From Chrysomallon squamiferum (lineage: Eukaryota > Animalia > Mollusca), in NCBI GenBank assembly GCA_012295275.1, contig CM022675.1, positions 12,400,001 through 12,464,000 of the forward strand: a stretch of 64,000 nucleotides of DNA, written 5' to 3'. The position numbers and the translations under genes were made by a program. Of the stretch, positions 1 to 12,652 are shown piece by piece. Below the pieces are notes generated by a model that saw only the letters and a program-made list of their open reading frames with translations, was not told where the DNA came from and made no database searches. The stretch's first letter is position 1. Each line of letters begins with the position of its first letter.

Positions 1-377
1 AGATGTATAAATTGAAATTCACAAAAATGTTCCTATAAATTTACACATATTAATTTTAATATATATAGTTTGTAGATACATAAACTTACAAATGCACACA
101 CTAATTATATTAATTCTGGATCAAATATTCAAATAAATTCACACACAATTATATTAATATGGAGACACACATACAAACAACCACATGCATATTGACACTT
201 AATTATTCTAATTTTTAATAAATACTTGTATATAATTGGATTACAGTATCTACAGACATAAAGTTACAAATATACATTAAAAATTGCACTAAATTTACAC
301 ATATTTATTGTAATACATGCAATACTTAGGCACATAAATTTACAAACACACACAAATTCACACAAATTTACACTTAC

Positions 378-534
378 TTAAATCGAACCTGTTCTATGCT
401 ATCAGTGGTAAGCTGACTGCTGGTACTGTGACTGTGTGGGTTGCCATAGAGATTAGAAAAAAGATCTTTCTGAAAGGCAGCAATCTGACTTGTAGAAGGT
501 ACAGCAGTACCAGCATAATCAACATAGGTAGCTT
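378..534 (-). CDS. MOCOS: Molybdenum cofactor sulfurase (MOCOS), second coding exon (157 bp); gene continues beyond position 1
   Basis: Minus strand reads tttcag|AA GCT ACC TAT GTT GAT TAT GCT GGT...GTT CGA TTT AA|gtaagt, i.e. (E)ATYVDYAGTAVPSTSQIAAFQKDLFSNLYGNPHSHSTSSQLTTDSIEQVRF. This matches the N-terminal NifS-like PLP domain of MOCOS (YLDHAG...YGNPHS...EQVR). Splice sites are canonical and the phase matches the upstream exon. Confidence 0.93.
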
Positions 535-762
535 CTGAAACAGTGAAAAATAATGGTTTAAATTTAAAAAAAAAAAAAATTAAAATAATAAAATAAGAAA
601 TATTATACTAAAATTGAGAAGTATGTGAAAAAAACATACCAATAGTGGGAGTATTTGACATATTTAGGTATTGCTATGTTGTTGTTAATGATGATGTCAT
701 CATCATCACTGTTAAGCTCTTAAAAAAATGTGTAACTGTTGTGTCAGATTCCAGCAGCCAGA

Positions 763-2609
763 CAGACTACATCTAACCAGCAGACTACATCTAACCACCA
801 GACTACAACCACCAGACTACATCTAACCACCAGACTACATCTAACCACCAGATTACAACCACCAGACTACATCTAACCACGAGACTACACAACCACCAGA
901 CTACATCTAACCACCAGATTACAACCACCAGACTACATCTAACCACCAGATTACAACCACCAGACTACATCTAACCACGAGACTACAACCATCAGACTAC
1001 ATCTAACCACCAGACTACAACCAGCAGACTACAACCACCAGACTACATCTAACCACCAGACTACATCTAACCACCAGACTACATCTAACCACCAGACTAC
1101 AACCACCAGACTACAACCACCAGACTACATCTAACCACCAGACTACAACCAGCAGACTACAACCACCAGACTACAACCACCAGACTACATCTAACCACCA
1201 GACTACAACCACCAGACTACATCTAACCACCAGACTACACCACGAGACAACCACCAGACTACAACCACCAGACTACATCTAACCACCAGACTACAACCAC
1301 GAGACAACCACCAGACTACAACCACCAGACTACATCTAACCACCAGACTACAACCACCAGACTACAACCACCAGACTACATCTAACCACCAGACTACATC
1401 TAACCACCAGACTACATCTAACCACCAGACTACAACCACGAGACTACAACCACCAGACTACAACCACCAGACTACATCTAACCACCAGACTACATCTAAC
1501 CACCAGACTACAACCACCAGACTACAACCACCAGACTACAACCACCAGACTACATCTAACCACCAGACTACAACCACCAGACTACAACCACCAGACTACA
1601 TCTAACCACCAGACTACATCTAACCACCAGACTACAACCACCAGACTACATCTAACCACCAGACTACATCTAACCACCAGACTACAACCACCAGACTACA
1701 TCTAACCACCAGACTACAACCACCAGACTACATCTAACCACCAGACTACATCTAACCATCAGACTACATCTAACTAGCAGACTACAACCACCAGACTACA
1801 ACCAGCAGACTACATCTAACCACCAGACTACAACCACCAGACTACATCTAACCACCAGACTACAACCACCAGACTACAACCATCAGACTACATCTAACCA
1901 GCAGACTACAACCACCAGACTACAACCACCAGACTACATCTAACCACCAGACTACAACCATCAGACTACATCTAACCACCAGACTACAACCACCAGACTA
2001 CAACCACCAGACTACATCTAACCACCAGACTACATCTAACCATCAGACTACATCTAACCAGCAGACTACAACCACCAGACTACAACCATCAGACTACATC
2101 TAACCACCAGACTACATCTAACCATCAGACTACATCTAACCACCAGACTACAACCACCAGACTACATCTAACCACCAGACTACATCTAACCACCAGACTA
2201 CATCTAACCACCAGACTACAACCACCAGACTACAACCATCAGACTACATCTAACCAGCAGACTACAACCACCAGACTACAACCAGCAGACTACATCTAAC
2301 CACCAGACTACATCTAACCACCAGACTACAACCACCAGACTACATCTAACCACCAGACTACAACCATCAGACTACATCTAACCACCAGACTCAGACGACA
2401 ACCACCAGACTACATCTAACCACCAGACTACAACCACCAGACTACATCTAACCACCAGACTACATCTAACCACCAGACTACAACCACCAGACTACATCTA
2501 ACCACCAGACTACAACCATCAGACTACATCTAACCACCAGACTACAACCACCAGACTACAACCATCAGACTACATCTAACCACCAGACTACAACCACCAG
2601 ACTACAACC
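763..2609. repeat. ~1.85-kb minisatellite of interspersed 14-bp (ACCACCAGACTACA) and 18-bp (ACCACCAGACTACATCTA) units, roughly 115 units
   Basis: Directly visible; the two units differ by TCTA, with occasional CAC>CAG/CAT and GAC>GAT variants. Confidence 0.97.
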
Positions 2610-3622
2610 CACTCATCTGTGATGAGTTACTTAGTACAACGTCGCTGTGGGCAGTATTGTCATTCTGAACAGTAATTCCTTCAGTCAGCAGCAGCGAAGA
2701 CACACAGCAGCAGAAAATGTCTCAAATTTGATCTGCAGACAAGTAAAAAGACTTTTCTTCAGGCCAGAAACAAATCAAAACCTTTTTGTTGTTAGGCAGT
2801 TTTCATTTCTAGCAGCAAAAACAATTTGACAGCCACTTTCACAGAAAGATACTTGCCTCAAGGCTTGTCTTTTATAGACACTGGAGAAAAAAATGATAAT
2901 TTGTTTTTTCATCTGCGTAAGTGCTGTTTTTGTAAGAGTACCTGTGACATTGTTATGTTGTTGTTAACGACTGTCATCATAAGCATTGTTATACTTTTAA
3001 AAAAAAGAAATTTAAAACATCATGCAGCTGAACCAAAAATAATTATTACATTTCTGAATGTGTAATGAGTAGAAATAAAGAAAGAAGAGTGGGTGAGAGA
3101 GAAAGATGGAAAAAAATACAGAAACAGAGAAGGAAAGAGCAAAAGAAAGAGACAGAGAAATAGAAAGATGGGGAGAAAAAAAACAGAGTGAGAGATTCAT
3201 AATATATTACTTGTAATTAAGACTATTCATTCCATTGTTAATGTTACTTTTTAAGACAAAAATAAATTTAAAAAAATTAAACAAAAATAAAAATAAATAA
3301 CAACAATAAGAAAAATTATTACAACACTGATGATAAAGAACAAAAATAAAAACACAAAACTGAAATAGTGATGAGAACCTAAAAAAAAGTACTAAAAACT
3401 TGGTTTCAAAGTTTAAAAATTTACAGAAATGAGAGTATATTGTGGTACAAAAGACATTAATACTAGATATAAAAAAAAAAACATTAAACAGTTTAGTGTA
3501 TGTACAAACACAAAAATTGCACATGATGAGTAAAAGTACTAAACTCTGATTTAATATTCTGTATGCACCACCACGTACCAATTATATCCGCACCAATAAA
3601 CCCCAAATTAGATTCACAAAGA

Positions 3623-3641
3623 TGCCACAAGAGGGCAGCAC
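3623..3641 (+). promoter_or_regulatory. Candidate CTCF site TGCCACAAGAGGGCAGCAC
   Basis: Close match to the CTCF core CCASYAGRKGGCRS, GC-rich in an AT-rich intron; motif match only. Confidence 0.45.
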
Positions 3642-4230
3642 TCACAACTGTAGCTGTCTCTCAGGCTTTGAATACTCAGACACATGACAAATAGGTAGCA
3701 GATTTTGACAATGTGAAGCAAAATATATTCAATCAATCTGGATGCTGGCCGAAGATTTCCCTAGATATGTAACTTTACAAACTATCTCCTACAGATAAAC
3801 ACTGAGTTATTATTACTTTGCATCTTCTACAGATATACACACTTAAAAATAGTCTCTGCAATTATGTACATTAAATTAATTATGTGTTGCTTTTGGAATA
3901 AAAATAATTAAATTGGGACTTTTTTTCTAGAATATGAATACAAGCTGTATATTAAAATGCTCGATCATGCATGTGTCGTAGCATCCATGAATTCAATTCT
4001 GATGAGCAATTATTTACCTCGTAAGTATTTTTAGTCATAGCAATCATGATTTTGACTTCATTTGTTCTATAATGATCAGTATATTGAGATGTAACAGAAT
4101 ATCTTAGTTTCTTAGTCTCTCCCCTTTTCTTTTCTTTCCTCACCTTTCATTTTATCAGTCTCTGCCTCTCTCCCCCCGCCTCACTTTTGTCCACTCCTAC
4201 ATTGTCTTTTATGAACTATGAAGTAATATC

Positions 4231-4273
<43 letters not shown>

Positions 4274-7200
4274 TAATAATAATAATAATAATAATAATAA
4301 TATAAGGTAAAGATGGGGCGAGCTAACCCATAACTTTTAATATACCTGATAAATAGAACTCATACATAAAGTTATAGACAGACTTGGTAAGCTTGAATGT
4401 ACAGGCAAAAATGTACAGAACTACATCAATGTGGAAAAAAAGTACATTAAGTGGATTTCATCTTCTAACCCATCATGCCTTCAACACAAAACTAAGAACT
4501 TTTCTACAGCATTCTAAATGATGCAAACTATAATTAATCTATTTATGGAGCAGAAGTGCTTAAAAGCAATGTAACAAAATGTCTTGAGATCTGAACAGCT
4601 TAATGATTGTGTAGAAATGATAGAAGAAACAGCCTTGATCTCTGATATTCTGTAATGTAACAATGTTCTGAAATGTGCCTACAGCAAAATACATCTTATT
4701 TATAAAAAAATATTTATAATCAAATGCTAAAATTCAGTCTGTGGTAATTTATAAACTTCATGGCACTGCCATAAGCTATTACAGGAACTGACAGAAAGAT
4801 CGAATGTCTTCTCAAAATGTCAACTACTTTCTAACCAGAGAGTCTGGCTCATGCAAGTGTCATGTACTGAGAGAAAAAGAAGGTGAGAGAAAAAGAGTGA
4901 GAATGAGAGAGAGAGGGAGGCAGAGACTGATAAAATGAAAGGTGAGAGAAAGAAAAGAAAAGAAAAGAAAAGGGGAGAGACTAAGAGAGGAACAGAAAAA
5001 GACAGACAGAAATCACAGAGAAAAATAGAGACAGAGACAGAGAGAAAGAAAAACATAGAATGAAAAAAAGAGTAGTGAAACAATTCAATAAAAAAAAAAG
5101 AAATTTCTCTAAGAAAGAAAGAAAAATAAATGATAGCAGGATGGAAAGACAAAGATATATAGTTAGAAAGAAACAGAGAAAGAGGTAAAAGAAAGAAAGA
5201 AAAATGTACAGTATGAAATAACAGAAAAAGAAAGAAATAAAAAGAAATACAGAAGAAGTGAGAAACAGAAATATAGAAATTTTTTTTTAAAAAGAATGAA
5301 GTGAAAAAAGGAAAAACAAAATCATAAAAATATCTAAATAACAATTTTTGAAAAAATGATGCAAGTTTAGATATTTATGATAAATAAATAAAACATCAGT
5401 TACAAATAGATGTACCTGTAACTAATTAAGAGATTTTTTCTTCTTTATAATCAAAATATAAACTATCATTTCTATTGAGAATAATCAGTTAATTACTAAT
5501 ATGCTATAAAATTACCTGTTAAGTACATATTTATTATTATGAATGTTATTGTACTAGGCATTTCATATTTTTTTTATTAATTCTGCTATTGAGAATAATA
5601 TTAATTTGAAAAAATAATAAATAAATAAATAAATAAATAAATAAAATTAAAAAATATAATAATATAAAAAAATTAAAATTAAAAATAAAATTAAAAATAC
5701 AATAAAATTGAACTGAACTGAACTAAAACAAAATAAATTAAAATTAAATAATAAAATAAAATAAATTAAAATAAAAGAAAATAATAAAAGAAAAGAAATA
5801 AAAAGAAAACAAAAGAAAACCAACAGAAGAACTAAGAAAATATTACATAATATATCAAAATATTCAACAAATCTGTGACCCATAACAATGAATCAAGTCT
5901 CAAGTTGCAGTTTGGTACCTCATTTGTCTCTGTGTCATGCTTAGTTTTAGAAATATGTTTGGATATGTGTGGACAAATTGGAGGGTTTCTTGAATCCAGA
6001 GAAATACAGCATTCATAAAAGTTCTCTAAAACACACCTTACGATTAATGTCTATCAATTTTGTCACAAGATCAAAGAGATAAGGAATATATAAACCCATT
6101 TTTTTAAAAAATATAAAAGTCTAATTTTCTTGATTCACTCCACAGTTGTTGGTTGAAGATCAATACTTTGCTTCCTGACTTAAGACTTGGCTTAATGTGA
6201 TGGGTCACAAATATGACTGATGATTGTACTGGAAATTCTGTTCTTTTTACATATTTTATATTCATCTTCCTAAAGAAATTAAAATCAAACAAGTATATTA
6301 TAAATCAGACATGGAGAACTTGTTGGAATGGACAAAAGTTCAAGAGGTGGGTTAATGAGAACTGAATCAGTGACCTGTCACATCTCATTCCTGTAACCTA
6401 ATCATTAGGGACTAAATAACGATCAAAGAAATATTTTTAAAAACTGATAATTTGATCTGATAATTATTAAATCACATTTCTCCTGTTACAGTTATATTAC
6501 ACAATTCTCATAGTGACTGGTATAAAGTGAAAAAGGAATTTCTTTTTTAAATGCAGTAAACAGGGTATGAAATTTTCTGAAACACACGTAACTGTGGGTT
6601 ACATCATTTGTTTGCCCAACCCAACCAGACAGAGAACAGTAATTTATGTATGTAGCTAATTAAAAACAAGTGGTAAACAAAAATAATTAAAAATTATAAA
6701 ATATGTAATAAAATTACAGTTAAAAACAATTGGATAAATTAATAATGCACACTGTTTCTATCTATTTATCAAGCTATATATATGTATGTGTGTGTGTACA
6801 TACATGTGTATGTATATGTGTGTGTGTATGTGTGTATGTGTGCTTGTGTATATGTGTGTGTGCCTGTTTATTTTATGTATGTCTACCTGTGTAGTTTTTG
6901 AATGTTTGTATGTAACTATGTATGTGATGAACTATACTATACTTCAATTAATGTAACTGGCTAAAAACAAAAAAAGATGAACAAATTATTTTAGAAAACA
7001 TGTCTTGAAATTCTGTGACAGTTTAATTAAACAAAATACTAGTAAACACAAGAAATGATAATTAACTGTAATCAAAATAAAAAAAATATAAATGTGCAGA
7101 ACAAAATTATTCTCTTATAGTTCAAATACAAATTAATTACATATAATACTTTCTTTTCACAATTAAATAAGGACAATGGATCCAAAACAAAATATGCAAA

Positions 7201-8169
7201 AAAAAAAATTAATGAGGATAAAATTACACGAGAAAGCATACTGACAGTTCAGTTCTAGAAAATACTGAATTAAGTTAATTAGCAAAATGACATGACAAAA
7301 AAAAAAATGTTTTTAAAAATACAAATTATATCCACTGTAAAGACACTGACAAGATAATTCTACCAAAAACATTTTTTTTTAAATGTATGCCAAGTAACAC
7401 TAAAAACATAACAGGAATGTCTGACATCTCAAACACAATTATCAAACAAAACATTTTCTTTTTCTTCATTTTTTTTAAAAATAATTTTGAGAAGGAAGGT
7501 TAAAGGACAATGCAAGAAAATGATAACATTTTTGTATAAATTTAAATTTTATAGAACTATCAAAAAAATTCAATAAATTTCAAATCTGAATCAAAATGAA
7601 AAATTTCAAGTTTAAATTCAAATAAAAAGTGAACTTGGAATTGCAAAAGTCATCCATAATTAATGAAAAAAAAAAAAATATATGGTACATAGAGGTGAAA
7701 TTCAGATGAAGTAAGATTTTAAATAAAATAAAGTTGCTTAATAACAAGAACTCAGTAGCTGACACGACAGAAACCTATTAGTTGTCATGGAATGAACTGA
7801 CAGTAATATAATGTTTCCTAAAAACATGTTCATGTAAAGAAATAAAAAGTATCACTGGTGATTTGAGTGACAGTAACTTAGACCAAGGTAATAAAATGTT
7901 CATCTGAACTCAATGATAATTTTAAAAGATATTAAATTGAACATGATTTTAACTTTTTGACATTAATGAAATTTTATTTAGTAGAATAAGGTCATTCAGT
8001 CTCAAATCTATAATTTTTCAAAACCTTTTTGGATCAATCTTTTAAATCCAGTAAAATGTTGTACACTAAAACAGCCTGTTCTGTTTAAAACCTATCGCAT
8101 ATTATAGCTGAGTGAAAGCTGTTAACTAAATGATGTAATATAAACTAGCAGTTTCCAGAATATTTAGAT

Positions 8170-8212
<43 letters not shown>

Positions 8213-8611
8213 ATTATTAATTTCATAAATGTTTACTGAGACACAGAACCATTTGTGATGTTTAAAAATGTCATAATTTGATTTTACGTTAAACTAGAAG
8301 GATCATTCAAGTGTGGTTTTCTTGCTTTCTTCTAATTGTTATTCTAATTTAAAGATTATTTTTTTTGTGGTGTTTGAAGTGGCTGTTCTTCTGGTTGGTT
8401 GGTTTTTATGGGGTTTTTTTCATCTTTTTTGATTTGTTTTTGTTTTTGTGTTTTTGTGTTGTTGTGTTTTGCTTAGTTATATTTTTTTTTTCGTTTTTTT
8501 GGTTGTTTTTTTTTTTGGTTTTTTTTTTATTGTTGTGTTTCTTCCCATTCTCTATAGTCTGTACTGAGTCAATTATTTAAAATTGTACTTTTAGAATCAT
8601 TTTCACATTAC

Positions 8612-8654
<43 letters not shown>

Positions 8655-9030
8655 AACTTTCGCTGCGCAAACTTTTTAACTTAAGAATAAATCAATGGTA
8701 GCGATCACACGCACACGCACACACACACGCCTGCACACACAAAAGGGTCAAGGATAAAATAATGAGGAAATAAGGACGATAACTTGTCAAATGTTAATGT
8801 ACGCAGTGTAACTGTCATTATGCTTTGGAAAGACCATCAGACTAAAATTTGTTGAATTTAAATTACCATAAAGATCTCGGAATGGTAACCTCGACGAGAC
8901 AGAAACACGTTAAACTGTTACACTTACAGACCACATGCAGTGAAGGGTATACTTATAATACATGAAAACCACCGATAATTAAATATATTATTTTTTTTTT
9001 GTTGTTGTTAAATGTGCTGTTAGGCGTTAC

Positions 9031-9145
9031 CTTGTAATGTCGGAAATTCTTTACTTCTAATCCTGTCGATATCACAGTTATAACCAGCGACGATATCAGT
9101 AACATCCATAGTTGCGTTCTCAACAGCTGAAGTAGCCATTTTCAT
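9031..9145 (-). CDS. MOCOS: MOCOS first coding exon (start at ATG 9145 or 9139)
   Basis: Minus strand encodes MKMATSAVENATMDVTDIVAGYNCDIDRIRSKEFPTLQ+G|gtaac. The GY..ID.IR.KEFP.L segment resembles the MOCOS sequence just before YLDHAG, and it joins 378-534 in frame. Confidence 0.87.
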
Positions 9146-9165
9146 GTCAAAGTAAATCACGTGAC
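9135..9165 (-). promoter_or_regulatory. YY1-like AAAATGGC overlapping ATG 9139 and palindromic E-box/CLEAR-type GTCACGTGA (9157-9165)
   Basis: Exact motif matches next to the MOCOS start; function inferred. Confidence 0.45.
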
Positions 9166-9376
9166 ATCTAAATATGGAAGACATGAAAGTAGTTCAGTTA
9201 AGGACAAGCACATAGTTTACATGTTTGGGTAGTTTGTGAAAATTATGCAACTAGTTCTTTATTAATTTTAAATAGGGACATACAAAAAGAGCGTACGACA
9301 TATTACAACATTAATCATTAGCCTACATTGATTTTTTTCTACTTTAAGAAATAATATAAAAAATATCAGTAATTGC

Positions 9377-9424
<48 letters not shown>

Positions 9425-9807
9425 ACCACCCCCTAAACAAAATACAACCCCCCCCCGAAAAACATATAAAATAAATCTAACACAATGTTATTGTATTACA
9501 GACTTCTATAATAATTTATTAACAGGTATTGTGTTTAACTTGACTACTGCTGATACGCTAACTTATTAAGGAAGAAATCAAACCCAGCTATATATACATA
9601 CCTGGCTTGCGTGACAGCATGCTGTTTATCAATATGGGATAGATATAACTAGAAAAACACATTAAACTGGTCTATACTAAATGACAATACATTTAACGTA
9701 ACAACTATTGTCAGTGAGTCAGCAAGCACTGCTAGATATATTACATACACTAATTACATTGCAGTATCAGAAAGAAAAAAACCTGGTCCTAAACTGAATA
9801 CGTATAT

Positions 9808-9935
9808 CAGGCACGGGCATCCTTTTTCGGGCCACATGAGACATGGCTCATACTCAGGCGGGCCGCAGTACTAATTTAATCGTAGGTTTTATTAGTCCTT
9901 GTGATATTAGGCGGGCCGCAGTTTGCCCATGACTG
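9808..9935. mobile_element. 128-bp non-autonomous hAT (Charlie-like) MITE
   Basis: Imperfect TIRs CAGGCACGGGCA / TGCCCATGACTG (10 of 12 match). Perfect 8-bp TSD ACGTATAT at 9800-9807 and 9936-9943 with central TA. Internal AGGCGGGCCGCAGT occurs twice. Confidence 0.88.
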
Positions 9936-9985
9936 ACGTATATACACAGAGATAGACAGGCAAACAGACATACATACACACGAAC

Positions 9986-10051
<66 letters not shown>

Positions 10052-10052
10052 G

Positions 10053-10094
<42 letters not shown>

Positions 10095-11580
10095 CATACA
10101 CATACATACATACATACATACATACTGGCTATGTGAGAAAGCATGCACCCTTTTATTTTACCTATGACTGCCCAAACTCGTAAAACTTTCGGATCCTTTT
10201 ACAATAAATATCCTAATTGGGTATTGGTATTTTTCATTTAAGATATACAACTTTTATCTTTCACCTATTTAAATATCCCATTTTGAAATTTCACCTTAGA
10301 AAACGAAAGAAAAAAAAAATGATCATGAGCAGCATTATGGAATCCACCTGCAGTGCACATTCGAAAAGGAAACAATTTTATTAAAGTATTTATTTATTTA
10401 TTTATTTAATATTAATAACAACAAAAATCTGAGAAAAAAGTATATATATATGAGAAAAAAGTAAAAAGTAAGAAGTAAAATAAATAAATAAAATAAGAAT
10501 ATTCAGATAAATAAAAAAACAAAACAAAGGTAGGTGTACATAACAGAAAGTTAAAATCTAGAGGTTTTGGGTTATTTTTTTAACTCAGTTTTTATTTTTT
10601 TTTATTTCGGTTTTAACTACATTGTAACTGCTTTCAGTACTTGAAATAAACATACTTAATAATAATCACTGATTTGTAATTTATATCGGATTACATTATC
10701 ATTACTTCTATTATTAGCCACATTTAGTTTTTACACACAAACACACAGAATAAAATGAACAATGATAAATAAGAACTATTAAAATAGCCCATTAATCACT
10801 AATTTTGAAAATAATACGATTTTCGTTTTTTCTTTATTTTTCTCTCTCTCCTCGTCAGTACCTGACTCTACAAGCCCCCTCTTTCTTGAAGTATCTCTGT
10901 CACTGACTGTTTTCTGTCATTGTAATGCAACCGATAATAAACTGAAAACTATTCCGATTTGCCATTGATTTGTTCTCTTACACTGCAGTCGTCTGCTTAG
11001 CGCTACGAAATCGATAAAATAAATTTCGACCAGCCCCTACGTTTAGTTATACTCATCACATGATCTGCAACGATATCACTACGCCTAATGTTATTAAAAT
11101 TGATATCGGTAAACAGTAATGTCAACGAAAATAGCACAGTACAAATATGATAGTTCTGTAAATCGTATTTAACTGTGCTTTCGTTTTATATTAGGTTTTA
11201 TCATTTAATAAACAACACTGATGCGTAATGTGGATCTATATTCTCAGAGCGCAGTGCTATGTACGATGTTGTTGTTAGTCGATTACGCTCGCATGCTGCA
11301 TTAGAGTATCTTACCCAACACCTTTAGTATCACCTGGCTTCGTTGTTCCTTGTGCTCGTTCTACTCACCCAGATTACCTTTGCTAGTGAACCCAGGTACG
11401 TTACCTTTTCTTTTTCTATGTAACCATCCTCTTTACCTGTTCTATTTATTTTTTTAACCCACGTCACATTTTTTTTCCTCCGATATCAAACCATACTGCT
11501 GTCATCGGAACTGTCCGGCACGCCCCCTTTCATCCCCCACCTGACGTCTGACAGTATATTTTTGTTTTTGTTTTTTGTTA

Positions 11581-11588
11581 TGACGTCA
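11581..11588. promoter_or_regulatory. Perfect CRE palindrome TGACGTCA (second near-site TGACGTCT at ~11543)
   Basis: Exact CREB/ATF consensus inside the CpG-retaining region. Confidence 0.5.
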
Positions 11589-11809
11589 AAATGATTGAGA
11601 GAAAGAGAAATATTCTGCATGTTTTATTCCAATAACCGTTCTACAGCAGGTAAGAAAACACTAATAATAATTTAGTGTAGCACCTCTTTTTAGATTTAAA
11701 CCTCCCATTCAACCCTTGCTTCGTTTTTTATTTTTTTCTCCTCGGTTTAGTTGTTGCATCGCTACGCTTAAAAAAATAAAAAAAAAAAGAAAAAAAGAAA
11801 AACAAATTT

Positions 11810-12548
11810 GTGCGCCTGCGAAGAAGAAGAATTCGGAAATTTATGGAATATTTTTTCAAAGATGAATGGATATTTACACTGTGGTTATAATAATCGAAGA
11901 GATTGATGCCAGAACTTCAGTGGATGTTTACAGATTTGGCTGTGAATCGAGAGATAAGGGAAGCAAAATTTATGGATATTTGTGTTCATTTCCATTCATT
12001 TTAAAGGTGGGAAGAAAAGATAAAACCTAATGCTTCAGATATTTGTTTATGACACGTGATAATGTTTGTGTATAAATTATTTGTGGAAAATCAAACGACA
12101 TAAACGGAATATCTTTAATGTCGGCAACTTGAAGGTCCTAGCGGCAACAGATAAGAAGATCAAAGTGACGTTGCTCGATGCCGATATATGACGACAGGTG
12201 TTTGACGTAACATTGTTTTACATTGTAGTCGTTCATGTGGCGTTGATTTCAAGATGTAATTTTCCGTGAAACGCCCTCTCACAGTGGATGTATATTGTAC
12301 GGAAATAAATGTCGGATATTTGTGCCTGTGCTTGTATTTTTCTCTTACAGATCGATAACATGCGGCGGATTTGTGATGAATGCTAGGAAATCACAGAGAG
12401 ATTGATCCAGTTCGCTAGGGAATATGAAAGCATGTTGTGTCCCCTTAGGATATATGGATTTCTCTTGTGTGAATTTAATTAATGCTGAATCCTTATCTGG
12501 TAGTCAAAAATATATATTATGCAGGTGTCTTTATTCAAAACAGCTTTT
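11810..12548 (+). other. Putative uORF-rich 5' leader exon(s) of an unidentified plus-strand gene
   Basis: Complex non-repetitive CpG-containing sequence with many short ATG-stop ORFs. Strong acceptor TTTTTCTCTTACAG ends at 12350 and donor GTAAGT starts at 12549, after which the sequence becomes repeat-rich and CpG-poor. Confidence 0.5.
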
Positions 12549-12593
12549 GTAAGTTTCATTAGTAATATAGAAAAGTGTATAAAAAAGTGTGTG

Positions 12594-12652
<59 letters not shown>

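Larger units (their letters stand above)
535..9030 (-). other. MOCOS: MOCOS intron (~8.5 kb, phase 1, GT-AG)
   Basis: Donor G|GTAACG at 9030 and acceptor TTTCAG at 535 on the minus strand; G+AA forms GAA (Glu) and keeps the frame. Confidence 0.85.
8650..12450. promoter_or_regulatory. CpG-retaining divergent promoter region between MOCOS and a putative plus-strand gene
   Basis: CG dinucleotides are visibly frequent here and scarce in the flanks. Contains the MOCOS start, TCACGTGA, TGACGTCA and an NRF1-like TGCGCCTGCG (11811-11820). Confidence 0.7.

Noticed and set aside
763-2609. CRISPR-like array (also considered for 24620-25381, 27692-28266 and 39055-40307)
   Set aside because: Units are head-to-tail with no unique spacers, there are no cas genes, and the context is eukaryotic intronic DNA.
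4300-4800. Possible decayed DNA transposon end (GGTAAAGATGGGGCGAG) and internal sequence
   Set aside because: No partner TIR, TSD or transposase-like translation could be identified by eye.
8770-12360. CGATA (DRE/BEAF-like) cluster in the divergent promoter
   Set aside because: About a dozen copies in 3.6 kb is close to what composition predicts once CpGs are retained.
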